DNA of 64,000 nucleotides from Eledone cirrhosa (GCA_964016885.1 OZ024762.1:7936001-8000000); one strand, 5' to 3'. Shown: positions 1 through 13,747, numbered from the stretch's first letter. Numbers and translations are program-made. Notes: generated by a model not told the origin, from the sequence alone.

Positions 1-911
1 ATGAAATTGAGGAAGACTATTCACACTCCAAAACTAAATGTATGTCAACAGATAATAATCAACCTCTATACCTTACAATATATGATAAACCCAGACAACA
101 ATTTTCACTATTTCTCTATGTCAAGCATAAATGGTGTTTCTGTTGCTGTTTGCCACAGAATAAGCTTAGGCTGAACAGCTTTTAGAGGGAAAAAGGAACT
201 TTTAACCTCATAACAGATCCCACTTTATATCAAATGTAAAATCGATAATGCATATGTCCTACCTATTGTGTCCTATAGGGTCTTGAATGTGTGAACTGGA
301 CCTATCCATGAATAGTAAAATCAAGACCTTTCAAAACTGTATTAGGAGGTTCAGGACAAACCACAAACTACTTGACTGTATAAAAATTGTGGGCCTACTA
401 GAAGCTGCTAAATTAGATCTTATTACGTGCATCAGGGTATGGTGAAGGCGCATGGCTTAGTGGTTAGAGCATTGGGCTTTCAATCGAAAGGTTGTGAGTT
501 CAATTCTTGGACCGGGTGATGTGTTGTTTCCTTGAGCAAGACACTTTATTTCACGTTGCTCCAGTTTACTTAGCTGTAGAAATGAGATGATAGGACTGGG
601 GTCCCTATCATTAGATTACCCAAGACACCTCCAACGAGATATACCTTGGAGGAGGCCAGCTAAACCTGCATAGGTGTGAGCTGTCACACACATCAGGGTA
701 TGATTCAGGGTAAAAGATGTAGGGGTAGACTACTGAGGTGCTGGTGAGACAATGTCTATAAATGGCCTGGTCTCTATATGAACTAAACAAAGCCACACAA
801 AATAGAAAATTTTGAAAAGAACTAAGTCATGCTAGTGTGGAATCTGCCACAGGTGGAAACAGCGAATGACGATCCTACATATGTATATGTGTATATGTAT
901 GTGTGTGTATG

Positions 912-967
<56 letters not shown>

Positions 968-1525
968 TACATATATATATACCCATGTTAGCGTGGAAAA
1001 TGGACATTAAACAATGATGACGATATATATACACATAAATATACACACACGTGTATAATGGAGAACAGGTCTTCTTTTACATGAGATTCTGAAGACATAT
1101 TTTTCTAGTTTCAATTTGTTTATTAGAACCTTCTGGTATTTTCAAATGATAAGATGAGAGAGTCTGGAAAAGATGACAAAATTATCACCTTAAGTACTTT
1201 GTAGTTCCAAATGAACTGTCAAGGCCCCATAAAAAAATACCAGAATGTTCTTATGAAGAAACTGAAAGTGGAAAGTGGCCATGCCTTCAATAACAACACA
1301 TGCTAACCAATTTTGAATATATGTTAGGTTAAAATAAGCTGCTACAATGCCAGTTTTTAAACTATGAAAAATTACGAAATCAAGTTGGTTATATAAGTCC
1401 TGAAAGACAAGAAAATGGACAGCATCACCTGCTGGGATGGACAGCATCACCTGCTGGGAAATTATGTACCCAAGTTGTTTGGCTATTTCTCATAGTAAAA
1501 AAAACCTGTATTGAAGCAGATTACT

Positions 1526-1704
1526 TTAACCCTTTAGCATTTACATTACTTTATATATACTATTGAATCTATAAGATTTTGATATTATATATTTTGAGAA
1601 CAATACTTTAACATTAATATGAGTGGCCAGTTACAGCCAGTTTGAACAGAAAGAGGTGAGAGAATTCTGGCCGAATACGTCCGGTTTGAATGCTAAAGGG
1701 TTAA
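1526..1704. mobile_element. piggyBac-type MITE (TTAA TSD, TIR CCCTTTAGCATT), with an inverted partial copy at 1705-1880
   Basis: ttaa|ccctttagcattt...aatgctaaaggg|ttaa. Confidence 0.85.
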
Positions 1705-1973
1705 ACCAGAATTCTCTCATCTCTTTCTATCCAAACCGGTCGTCACTGGCCAGTCATACTGATGTTAAGGTATTGTTCTCAAAATAAATAACATCAAAAT
1801 CTCATAGATTCAATATTTATGTGAAATAAAGCCTTTACCGTGAAAATACAATAGTATATATAGAGTAATGTAAATGCTAAGTTAATTTTAACATACATTT
1901 AAAATTCATAATTTGTTCAATGCTTCATAAATATGGTTGACATAAATATATAAAAAATACAAAAGAATCTTAC

Positions 1974-2659
1974 CAGAGGAGACAGCAGGTAAATTATTTT
2001 TCCTCTGAAACTGATAAAGTAAAGGGCTTCTCTGGGCTGGATACCCAGTTGAATTAATAGAACGTTGCCCACTTATGTGAGTAGGGTTCATAGTTCGGTG
2101 CCGATTGCCACCGATACCAGGTCCACGAGCAGCAAAATTAGACATTCTCACACTATCAAAACTCGCTTGCTGCTGCTGCTGCTGCTGTTGCTGGAAGTTT
2201 CCTGAAGACGATAAATGTTTATTCATTGAACTAGCTGGTTCCCCTCCAACGAGGCTGGCCAATATCATATTCTGCATTTGAGTACTGTGAGCAGTGCGTG
2301 AAGTAGACATACTGGTCCAGGAACTATTTGATGCTGTGCTATCAATATTGAAGCCCCCCATAGCCATTACGGCAACAGACGGGCTCCTATATGCCATATT
2401 CGGCAAACTGTTTTCTATAGACTGTTGGGATGAATTGAAAATATCCCAGCCCAGTCGGCTATTTGTGTTACCACCAACGTGCACATCCATGCCATCGGGA
2501 TTCATGTTGACGGTAGATCCAGTTTCCCCTGGATAAGGGGCAGGTGCTGGAGGCATCATGCCACTAACAGTTTGATCCTGTTGGAATGCCGGGTTACTGT
2601 TGATACTGCTTTTCAAGGCATTTCCTAGCTGCCTTAGATCGGTCTCTTTATCACTTTCT
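1974..2659 (-). CDS. NCOA: NCOA/SRC exon: large S/M/Q-rich low-complexity region after PAS-B, with a polyQ tract
   Basis: tatctttttcag|A...TCTG|gtaag, 686 nt. Phase 2 join (AG|A = Arg) with the previous exon. Encodes ESDKETDLRQLGNALKSSINSNPAF...QQQQQQQQQ...LPAVSS. Corresponds to track ORF 1906..2616 without its intronic tail. Confidence 0.92.
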
Positions 2660-2684
2660 CTGAAAAAGATAAGAGAAAATACAA

Positions 2685-2900
2685 TGAAGGAGTTTTACTT
2701 AACAAAACATAAAATATATTGAAGGAATTTTACTTAACAAAACAAACATAAAATATATTGAAGGAATTTTACTTAACAAAACAAACATAAAATATATTGA
2801 AGGAATTTTACTTAACAAAACAAACATAAAATATATTGAAGGAATTTTACTTAACATAAAATAAAATTCATTGAAGGAGTTTTACTTAACAAAACAAAAT
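2685..2900. repeat. Minisatellite, 35-39-bp unit x ~5.5
   Basis: tgaaggaattttacttaacaaaacaaacataaaatatat repeated, starting about 25 nt from the exon acceptor at 2660. Confidence 0.95.
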
Positions 2901-3095
2901 ATCTGAACGTAAACGGGTTATATAAAAATATGTAAAAACAGACATAAGCATGGACAATGACCACTGGAGCTACACCAGGAACATTTTGTTCGCCCAGAGG
3001 ACCAACTTTTTCAACCATTAATTAATAATTATATTAAAATTCACCATTCAGACTCGAGTTGCTCTTTACCTTGTATATCTCTACCAAGTTATTAC

Positions 3096-3126
<31 letters not shown>

Positions 3127-3235
3127 AGCAAGTATTGCTCCAAGAAAAATAAAACGTTGGCGTGAAGAGATTGTGAATTTATTTGCTTTGACTTATGTTT
3201 CTGTGTCTATTATAAATTGTCTACATTTGCTAACT

Positions 3236-3302
<67 letters not shown>

Positions 3303-3474
3303 TTAAGGATACTATTTATGGTTATGTATATAATAAAACCTTTTATGGTTATATATATTTAAACTCTAAATAGTGAGAGACAGTAATTCATTACTATCTT
3401 ATTACCAGTAAGATGTTATTACAGAGCAGTTATATAGAAATTACATGAATCAAAGTTCAGTTTAAATAATTTAT

Positions 3475-3523
3475 TTGCTTACAATTGTTTCCTCCAAACC
3501 GAGGTTTGGATTCTTCGGAGCAA
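3475..3523 (-). ncRNA. Type I hammerhead ribozyme motif (Penelope/retrozyme-like), on the NCOA pre-mRNA strand
   Basis: Minus strand reads TTGCT-CCGAAGA-A TCCAAAC CTCG GTTTGGA G-GAA-ACAATTGT-A^AGCAA: 5-bp stem I, 7-bp stem II and palindromic stem III. Core has the U4C variant. Confidence 0.72.
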
Positions 3524-4714
3524 CTATTTAATGATTTTTCACATACTTGGCCTCCTTATCAACACTGTAAAGTGGTCGTGGAGGTGCCACGGCAAAAAAG
3601 CACCCAGCACTCACTGTAAATGAGGTTGGTGTTAGGAAGGGCATCCAGCTGTATAAATCAAGCCAGAATCAGTTCCCGTCCCACCCTTGCAAACAGGGAA
3701 AAAGCAGACGTAAAATGAAATGATGATGATGATGATGATTGCTTTTTTTCCTCTTTTCTTTTCTTTGTTTCCCTCATGTTTCACGTGCTATGTGAGGTAC
3801 CAGATTTTCTCTAACATCACAAAATTGTATATGTTTTCTAGCTTAACAACTAAATTACTGTTTGTCTTTCGACTCTTACTCCTTTGGACAGTGGCTTATA
3901 TCAGACACTGTGACCCCAGATGGACCAGCAGAATCGTTGGTAGTTCGATGACCATGGAGTTCTGTGTCCTTTGTATATTTATTTTTGTTAAGGTTTTCCC
4001 TAAAAAAAATGTTTTTCATTTTGTTTTGTTTTCATTCATAAAGTGGTCATGTAGGAGACATGGTGAAAAGGCTCCCAGCCTACACTGTAAATGTGGTTGG
4101 CATTACGAAGGGCATCCAGCCGTAGAAAACCTGCCAAAACAGTTCTATACGAGCAAGGCACGGTCACCCGACCAATCTTGCCTCAAGTGGGATAAACCCG
4201 TCCAGCCCATGCTAGCGTGGAAGATAGACGTTAAACGATGATGGTGATGATGATGATGATATAAACCTGCAGTTTATGTGATTTCTGACCATCTTGCTTT
4301 GGCCTGTCATCAGATGATAATTACTGAAACTTAGTGGTACTCATATGGTACAAGCATTTGTCAATGTAATCCATGATATACATCGCTTTTACAATCTCCT
4401 CATCTGTCATCTCTCAAACAAATGCTGGCCAGGACTCTGAATTCTTGACATTGTATAGACATTGGGCTCATTGCTACAGCTATTGGGGTGTTATATGAAT
4501 TTGCAATAACAAAATACTTCCACTTCTGTAGCAAGCAATTAATGATTATACTGCTGCACCAGTCATTGGGTATGACTCTGTCCTATATTACCTGATTGAT
4601 TATACAGGTGACAAATCCAGCTCCTACACTCCCAGATGCTTTCAGAATCTCAGCAACTATGTCAGACGGTCCAGCAGCTTACCATCTTTCATCTCCTTGA
4701 TTGCTTCTTTGACT

Positions 4715-4850
4715 GTACCAGTGTCATTTCAAACACACAAGTGCACAGGTGTCATTTGAAACACACACGTATACCAGTGTCATTTCAAACACACAAGTGC
4801 ACCAGTGCCATTTCAAACACACAAGTGTACCAGTGTCATTTCAAACACAC
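4715..4850. repeat. Minisatellite, 28-bp unit x ~5
   Basis: taccagtgtcatttcaaacacacaagtg. Confidence 0.9.
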
Positions 4851-6454
4851 TTTTCCCCAACAATATCCCAATTCACACTGAAACGCTGGCTTGCAATACA
4901 GAATACTTCACATCTCTGATCTTCACATAACAAGGCATTGGCAAACCTCCTCCTTTCATGCTATGTATACTTGTCACCTAGCCTCTCTTTTAGCTATTTG
5001 GTACTGGTTTCTGCTTCCTCCATCTTTCCATGGCTGTCTCTTGGCTTTAATGGCTCTATCTACTATGCTAATCCACCACCACATCACCTTCTGGCTGGCT
5101 GATGCTTTGCTGCAGCAACAAGTCTCTGGAGTAGATATTTCCCTTTTTTATGGAAGGGAAAATGTAAAATGTTGCGGTATCTGAGTGTTGATCTATCCAT
5201 GCAAATTCATGGAAGCATATCAAACTAAATACTGAATCCAAGCTGTTAATTCTCTTCCTTGCCGGGCTATTAATCACAATTAATAATTGTTTCTACTTTA
5301 GGCACAAGGCCAGCAATTATCCAGTGCATTACTGGTACTTTATTTTATCGACCCTGTAAGGATGAAAGGCAAAGTCAACCTCGGCGGAATTTGAACTCAG
5401 ATCGTAAAGGGATGTAACTATACTGGAAAGCATGGCATCCGACCCTCTACCGATACTGCCAATCCACCGCCCTATTAATAATGATTCCTTTTTAAACCGA
5501 TTTCTGTACAAGTATACATTCCAATAGCTTAGAATATTTTTCTCTACGAGATTTATAGGAAACTTCCAGTTGACCTTTACGTCATATGGATCTAACTCTT
5601 CCTTATCATATGTCCCATGGAGAACTTTCCTGAACCTATACTTAACAGGAAGGTCCATTAGTTCACACAATCCAATTCAGCTTAGTTCTCTACAACTGGA
5701 TGCCCTTCCTAATGCCAATGAACTTACGGTGAGGACAGGGAGCTTCAGTTTTGTGGCACCAAAGATCCCTTACCAATAGTGGCATGATGTGTGCTAGTAA
5801 CAATACATCCTACAGTGCAGTTTAGCAGCATAGATATGACAGTATAGATACGGCAGTAACAATACAACAGTATAGATACCATATGTGGAAGATTGACAGT
5901 GATTGGCATCAAGCCACTGAAAAAAACCTGCCAGAAAAACCTTGTCCCAACCTCAAATAGTCTCTACTACTTTACGGAGTATAGTGGGTGCCATTTCATC
6001 ATGGGATCAGCACTTCTAACTCACTGAAAAACTGATTGAATATCTTCTAAATGTTATAACTATGTAGCAGATCTAACAAGATTCTTTAAAACTAATTGTC
6101 AAGGTATTATAACAACACTGCTCAGTAATATGGCAGAGAAGATTGGAGTGGTATTTGGCAGTGGAGGTGGTTTAGGAGTGGGTAGTGGCGTTGGAGTGGT
6201 AGGGACATTAGAATGGCAGTGATGTTGATTTTGAAGTGGTAGTGATGTTGGTGTGGTAGTGGCATTAGAGTGATAGTGCTGTTGGTGTGGTAGTGGAGTG
6301 GAAGTGGAAGTGGCAGAGTTGTTTGTTTGCCAGGGAAGATTAGAGCTGTTGAATTGGAAGAGAGGGAATTTTACAACAATGGAGTAATTTCTGAAGATAC
6401 AGGGAATAGAGACAGCTAGAAGACGAAGACATTAACTCTTCCACTGTGCTAGAT

Positions 6455-6870
6455 TTAGGACAAATGAGGCAGCAACTGCAGAGGATATACGAAGGCTGTA
6501 GAGAAATGAAGCAAGCGTGCTCCAATGGATGTGCAATGTCAATATGCGTGGACGTCCAAGCATGGACAAGTTGATAGAGAAAATGTATAAGTGGAATAAA
6601 CTGTAGTGTGCAGGAGAGAAGACTGCATTGGGATGGCCATGTGACGTGCATGGAAGATGACTGAAGGGTGAAAAAGTGCCGGGTGATCCTAGTGGTAGGA
6701 AGATGCAGTAGAGAAAGACCACGAAAAACATGGGCAGAGGTGGTGAGAGCTGACCTCAGATCGCTGAAGCTCACAGACGAGATGACAAATGGAGAGATGC
6801 TGTGCTAAAGAGGACCCGTCCCACCCTTGCAAGTGGGGAAAAGCAGATGTAAAATGATGATGATGATGAG
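6455..6870 (+). mobile_element. RTE LINE 3' fragment, same family as 45131. Further copies at ~18760-19165(+), ~36440-36850(-), ~40390-41110(-), ~44637-44830(-)
   Basis: Nucleotide similarity to 45131-45586, including the (TGA)n tail. Confidence 0.8.
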
Positions 6871-8669
6871 ACTCTTTGCTAGTTAAGTTATGAGGCCACT
6901 TATTCATAAAAAAATCATTGTAAAAAGATTTTTTGGCAAGAAGAGGGTCCCTCCTCACCTGGCCAACGGGGTCCTATGCTTAACCTAAGCACAATAGCCA
7001 ATCCTGCAATACTCTTCAATCATATTTCTAATGACATACACTTTGTTTCAGTTATTTTATGAACAATTTTTTAGCAATTTACTGTAATTAGTAATTAGTT
7101 CATTATTAAGACACTAATTTAACATATGGTGCTGATATATAATTATGTTAGAAGAGTTTAATTTAATACTTTCATTAACATATTTCTGATGAAATACATT
7201 GGCTATGATTTGCATATCATCAAGAATTTGGAGGGTTTTAGGAAAAATAAATAACTTTCTCATAATTAAGCTGGTGTTTGGAGTAAAGCTTACCAGGGAT
7301 TCTTACATAAAATTACAGTGGAAGGTTTTTAGATAAATATAAACATGATGATGGTGATGATGAGGAAGAGGAGGATCTAAAAAAGTCTAAGTCTAAAGTC
7401 TGTTGTAAGCCATTTAAGGCTTGTTAGGCCGGTGCTTATCCTGGTTTCATGGCGTGAAGCAACTGAGAGTACAAGACTCCCCCTGGACAGGACGCCAGTC
7501 CATCGCAAGGTTTAAGCCCCAGCTATTGCTGGTACTCATTTTCAGCTGAGTATACATGAGCAGCGTGAAATGTTTTCCTCAAGAACAAGTTATATGTATA
7601 TACACACAAATATTTATATATATCATTATCATGATATATGTGTGTGTGTATATATATATATATATACATGTGTGTGTGTGTGAGTATGTTACGTTGGTAC
7701 CACAAAACATCCAGTCCACACTGTAAAGTGGTCGTGTAACTGGCCACTCATACTGACATTAAAGTATTGTTCTCAAAATGAATAATATCAAGATCTCGTA
7801 GATTCAATTATTATGCAAGATAAAGTGTTTACCGTGAAAATACAATAGTATATATAGAGTAATGTAAATGCTAATGGGTTAAGACTTCTGTATGCTGATG
7901 ACTTTCTTCTGCTAGCTGAATCTGTGGAAAAGCTAGAGAAAGAACCTCCTTTCGGCCACTTGTATTAGCAATCATATTCTTTCAGTCGTTACCCAAGATT
8001 CACGACCTTAAGTAAGGGTTGGCACAAATACCAAATTGAATATAGCGAGTTTGGTTTTTACGCCTACCTCCTTTGTGATTACAATGGGCAGTGGTTAGAA
8101 TGTCTGAGGAAAGAATTGCAGAACAGATTTTATGGGCAAAACCAACCAGCAGGAGACCCAGGAGTAGACCCCAAGCAAGGTGGTTGGATAACATCCATGA
8201 GCTTGGCTGGTCACGCTTGGGATCCAGCCGGATCAGTTAGAGATGGTTGCTTCTGACAAGACCTCTGGAAGGACTATTTGAGGACGCTGCTCTCACGACC
8301 GTCTCAGGAATAAGTGGACGAAAAAGAAGACGGCTTAGCAGTTTGAGTGCCAAACTTCGATATGATCAACTAAAAACACTTTAAGGTAATGAACGCCTCA
8401 GGGCTGTAACCAATAAAAGGAAGTAGTTTATGTGGTGATGTGAAAGGAGGGAAAATGACAAATATGGATGATTTGTGAGGAATCAGATGTAATGTGCAGG
8501 AGAGATGACTGCACTGGTATGGACATGTTATGCGGGTGTGTGTTGTGTGTGTGTAAGGACATGTTATGTGTGTGTGGATGATGATTGTTAGGTGAAGGGG
8601 TGCCAGAAATCCCAGTAAAAGGTGGTAGTTTATTTAGTGTTGGGCATGGAGGGAAAATGAGTAACTTAC

Positions 8670-8817
8670 CTAAGAATAACATGTGTTGAAGTTATACATT
8701 CAGCCTCATTACTGATAGGGTTGGTAAACAAACGGCTCGTAGTCTGAGTGTTGACAAAATGATTATCTTGTAATTTGAATCTGAATACATTGGTTTTGTT
8801 CTGTCCATTTTGTAAGA
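8670..8817 (-). CDS. NCOA: NCOA/SRC exon: PAS-B C-terminal half
   Basis: ttccattcacag|TC...CTTAG|gtaagt, 148 nt. Encodes (V)LQNGQNKTNVFRFKLQDNHFVNTQTTSRLFTNPISNEAECITSTHVILR (NCOA2 'VLRQG...YRFSLSDGTLVAAQTKSKL...ISLHMLHRE'). Confidence 0.94.
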
Positions 8818-9706
8818 CTGTGAATGGAAAATAGAAAAAGAAAATGTAATTCATTGTTCTATAAAATTAAAAATTAAAACATCATCATCATTTAACATTC
8901 ATCTTTCCTTGCTGAGATGGGTTGGACAGATTGTCACAAACCAAGTTAGCACTTAATCGGAGCTACTGTCTGCTCAACCTATAAACAATCATTTTACAGA
9001 GTGCACTAGGTGCATTATATTTTGACTCAAGTCTTTTCAATACTTTGTTTGGCAAGATTTTTTAATTACTAGATATCCTTAACAACAACCATTTTACAGA
9101 GTGTACTGGGTGCAATTCAGTCAATGGGAAACAGAGGGGTAAAAAAAAAAAACATATTTTTCCATGAATAAAATTTATAAATGACATGAGGCCCTTTCAA
9201 TGAAGACTGATCAACATTTTGCACCTGGGAAGTTTCTCTCTGAAGTACAAACTTAGGCAGGGTGTTTCGTAGAAGACTAGTAGTCATCCATGCATGCCAG
9301 TTTCACCTTTCCACATCACTGACATTGGACCAAGGGAAAGGTAAAGACTGATACAACTTGGCACCAGTTGCAACTCATACATATTCTGTGTGTGTGTGTG
9401 TGTGTATCCCGGTGGAAGGAAGACACAGGAAAAATATCATACCAAGAATATATTCTTGATATAATGTTTTATAAGTAATATTCCTTGCATATATCATATA
9501 GCTTTAAAACAGCTTTTCTTCATAATACTTCTTTTCATAATACTTTATAATACTTCTTATTACTATCTTTTCATTATAATATTCTTTTGCTCTTACTCTT
9601 TAATATATTCTAACTGACACTAACAATTATAATTAGTCTTCTCATATATAATGTATTTTACTGAATGTTCTAAGGATTAGGAATTTATTTGTTTTAACAT
9701 TGTATA

Positions 9707-9753
9707 TGCTCCGATGATTCCAGACCTATATCTAGAAGAAACGATCATTAGCA
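9707..9753 (+). ncRNA. Type I hammerhead ribozyme motif, slightly decayed
   Basis: TGCT-CCGATGA-TTCCAGA CCTATA TCTAGAA-GAA-ACGATCAT-T^AGCA. Stem I is TGCT/AGCA; stem III has one mismatch (CpG-type decay). Confidence 0.6.
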
Positions 9754-10247
9754 ATTAAATGCATTAAACAAAATTTGATTGTTATATATATATATCAAGT
9801 AAGTATGTTTTGAAATAGCAAGCGAGTTTGAAATTAGAAATAATGGTTCTAAACCCCACTATCAGGCTATTATTAAAAAAAAGGGTGAAGTTTCTATTTC
9901 TAATTTATATATATATATACAACCTTGCAATCGAAAGGTTGTGAGTTCAATTCTCAGACCGGGTGATGTGTTGTTTCCTTGAGCAAGACACTTTATTTCA
10001 CATTGTTCCAGTTTACTCAGCTGTAGAAATGAGATGATAGGACTGCGGTCCCTATCATTCCACTGTAAAGTGGTTGTGTAGGTGCCATGGCAAAAAAGCA
10101 CCCAGCACTCACTGTAAATGAGGTTGGTGTTAGGAAGGGCATCCAGCTGTAGAAATCAAGCCAGAATCAGTTCCCGTCCCACTCTTGCAAGCAGGGAGGG
10201 GCGGACGTAAAATGATGATGATGATGATGATGATGATATATATTTAT

Positions 10248-10435
10248 GGAAAAGGCAAACAGAAATAACAAAGCACACAACACAGTACACTGAAGAAATA
10301 TATCATTAGTTTTACGCTTGATATAGCAGCAAAAGTCTTAACGTTTCAGACTAGTCCTTCATCAGATGAAAGAATGAGAAATTAAAGCAGAAACAGAAAG
10401 ATCGAAGAGACGGGCAGGGCCGAAAAGGAAAAAAA
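10248..10435 (-). mobile_element. Short non-autonomous hammerhead-carrying element (PLE pLTR/retrozyme-like). Relatives at ~20603-20672, ~44495-44548, ~44900-45090, ~55132-55248
   Basis: Shared sequence aaaaggcaaacagaaataacaaa...cagtaca.tgaagaaatatatt..tagttttacgcttgatatag...gtcttaac.tttcagac..gt.cttcat, always abutting (TA)n/(CA)n tracts. Confidence 0.65.
10336..10369 (-). ncRNA. Minimal hammerhead ribozyme motif inside a short repeat element
   Basis: Minus strand reads TCAT-CTGATGA-AGGACTAGTCT-GAAACGTT^AAGA. The loopless palindromic stem III (AACGTT) is typical of dimer-acting PLE hammerheads. Confidence 0.65.
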
Positions 10436-10488
10436 TTGTTTAATATATATATATAGTTATGTAATAAACAACATTCCGACGGAATTAC

Positions 10489-10555
<67 letters not shown>

Positions 10556-12108
10556 TGACATCTGAAATGGTAATTAAAGACACAATCATCAGCAACAGCA
10601 ACTGTTCAAGTATTGGTCTTTGGCATCAATGATGGAAAGATAACATTGATGAGGGAGACACAACGGCAACCACTCTAACTGGGGAGTTGTGAGAATGGGG
10701 GAGAGAGAGAGAGAGAGAGAGCATCTGTGTATGCTCGTGATTGCATGGGCACCGAAAACATTAAGAAAAGCATGGTACACACTACCAAGGTATACTCAAT
10801 TGCCAGTGACGGCTGTAATATTTTTTTTTTTTTTTTTTTTAAACTATAAGCACAGGTAACCAAGACAACACAAAGTTTCCTAAATACTGACTTTTGGTTA
10901 GTGGCCTGTCACCGACATCTAAGGTGGCGTGGGTCTATAATCTTGATTTATGTGGATATTAATGAAATCTATTACTATTTGAAAATTAATCTCATTTGAT
11001 CCAGATAAACAGAAAACACACCACACACACAAACTCTCAAAAATAGCTGAAACATTGATTTTATTTTTAGACTCCTCCTTGTTTCTGCAGGATTGCTAAG
11101 CCCCTTTAACACTTTTAATGCCACACAATCTGAAAAACCCTTTGTTTCTCTGACATAAAACTGTTTATTTCAAAGTGTTTATATATATCTAAAAACCTTC
11201 CACCATAATTTTATGTAAGAACCTTCATTAACCCTTTAGCATTTAAACAGGTCGTATCTGACCAGAATTCCCTCACCTCTTTCTGTTCAAACTGGCCACT
11301 CATACTTATGTTAAGGTATTGTTCTCAAAATAAATAACATTAAAATCTCATAGATTTGATATACCCATTCACTCTTAGTATTATTCTGAAATGGACATAC
11401 AAATCTGCATACAATTAGCACTCGTGTTGGTAATTAATTAAGATCTATAGCAGCCGAAGTGTATATTAATGTTATATCTGTATAAATACAATGTGTGTAA
11501 CCGAGACTGCACGTAAACATGTAAACAAGCCAGAAAATGAGAATTTCCCTTGTAAATTGAAAAAAGAAACCCCCAATAAACACATGTATTTAGGCACATG
11601 GCTTAGTGGTTAGAGCATCGGGCTTATAATCACAAGGTTGTGAGTTCGATTCACAGACCAAGCTTCACGTTGTGTTCTTGAGCAAGATGTCACTGGTGTC
11701 AAGCTGTATCGACCATTGCCTTTCCCTTGGACAACATTGGTGATGTGGAGAGGGGTGACTGGTATGCATGGGCGACTGCTGGTCTTCCATAAACAACCTT
11801 GCCCGGACTTGTGCCTCAGAGGGGAACTTTCTAGATGTAAATCCCATGGTAATTAGTGACCGAAGGGCGTCTTTACCCCTATATAAGATGATGATCATCA
11901 TCATCATCACTGTTTAACGTCCATTTTTCCATGCTAACATGGGTTAGACAAGTTGTCCCATTGTGAGACAGGTTAGATCACCATGTTTTGCTCACATAGA
12001 ACAGATTTTGGGTTGGTTTCTATGGCTGGATGTACTTCCTAACGCCAACCACATTTACAGTGTATACTGAGCGCTTTTGGTCGTGTCACCTACATGACCA
12101 CTTTACAG

Positions 12109-12164
<56 letters not shown>

Positions 12165-12917
12165 GTGTATGACTGACTGCCTGACTGGCCCAAGTGAGAC
12201 TGGTGGACAGAAACACATGGAGTGGGACGCTAAGGAGCACTATTAAGCACAACCCTTAGGGATTAATTGTGTCCTGCATAAGCAAAAACTGGATAATGAT
12301 GATGATGTAATACGTATTTCTGGAGTTAACTACGTAATGGTGCTATCATGCAATTACTAACACTTCCTCAGACAGCTTCTTAGTTAATACATTTATCATG
12401 TAATATATTTCTAATGCAATAGAGAGATTAGTATTCCATGTTGAGCAACAGACATTCACTACACCTCAATAGACTGTATTGCATTAGACATCATATATTA
12501 CGCAACAAACTCTTGTCTATTTATATGTCAGTATTGGTTGAGTGAATGTCGCTGATGAAAGATTAATGAAACATGAAACAGAGATTTCTGGCATTCTCAA
12601 CCGTTGTTGACAAATCTGTGATGTGTTGACAGAGAAAAATAGAAATAATATCTTTGTTACAAAAAGATATTTTTTCTTTGATAACAATGCAACCATATAT
12701 TGATTCTATATAAACATATAGTATATGCTTTTATACACACCCCTATTATGCTTAAACGCTGCCTTAGTGCTACTGCTTATATATTTCATCATCATCATCA
12801 TCGTTTAACGTCCATCTTCCACACTAGCATGGGTTTGGACGGCAATTTTCCCACTTGAGGCAAGATTGGTTGTCTTGCTCGTATAGGACTGTCTGGCGGG
12901 TTTTCTACGGCAACCAC

Positions 12918-12954
<37 letters not shown>

Positions 12955-13464
12955 AAAAATGAATCAAAACATATTAAATATGTTTAGAATTTTGTGTTTC
13001 TACGTGGCGCTATGGGGTTTCACTTGTGATTCCATCTGTGTACATATTCTTTTATAGAATATGTATTGTATTTGGTATATATACAATATACCTTATTTCT
13101 TGTACGATATATGGCTCTTTCTCTCTCTATATATACATATATCGATCTCGTGAATTTTATATCATCATCATCATCATCATTTTACGTCCGCTTTTCCCTG
13201 CTTGCAAGGGTGGGACGGGAACTGATTCTGGCTTGATTTCTACAGCTGGATGCCCTTCCGAACACCAACCTCATTTACAGTGAGTGCTGGGTGCTTTTTG
13301 CCGTGGCACCTACACGACCACTTTGCATTTCTACAGCTGAGTAAACTGGAGCAATGTGAAATAAAGTGTCTTGCTCACGGAAACAACACATCACCCAGTC
13401 TGAGAATTGAACTCACAACCTTTCGATTGCAAGCCCAATGCTCTAACCACTAAGTCATCTGCCT

Positions 13465-13500
<36 letters not shown>

Positions 13501-13707
13501 CAACTTTCGTCAAATCGGACCGAGGGAACAATGTTTCCATTGGTCTTTCCAGTTGCTAATACTATCTATCGGTCGCAACTCCAGGTAGAAGGAGCAACGT
13601 GAAATAAAGTGTCTTGCTCAAGGACATAACGCATCGCCTGGTCCAGGAATCGAACTCACAACCCCAAGACTGTGAATCCAATTCTCTAACCACTCAGCCA
13701 CACGCCT

Positions 13708-13747
<40 letters not shown>

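Noticed and set aside
444-520. tRNA gene (also 32135, 11593, 13400-13468)
   Set aside because: A/B boxes are present but there is no complete cloverleaf, and the sequence continues into a SINE body.
1906-2616. 236-aa ORF as a standalone single-exon gene
   Set aside because: It starts at TTG and runs past a GT donor at 1973. It is an internal NCOA exon (1974-2659).
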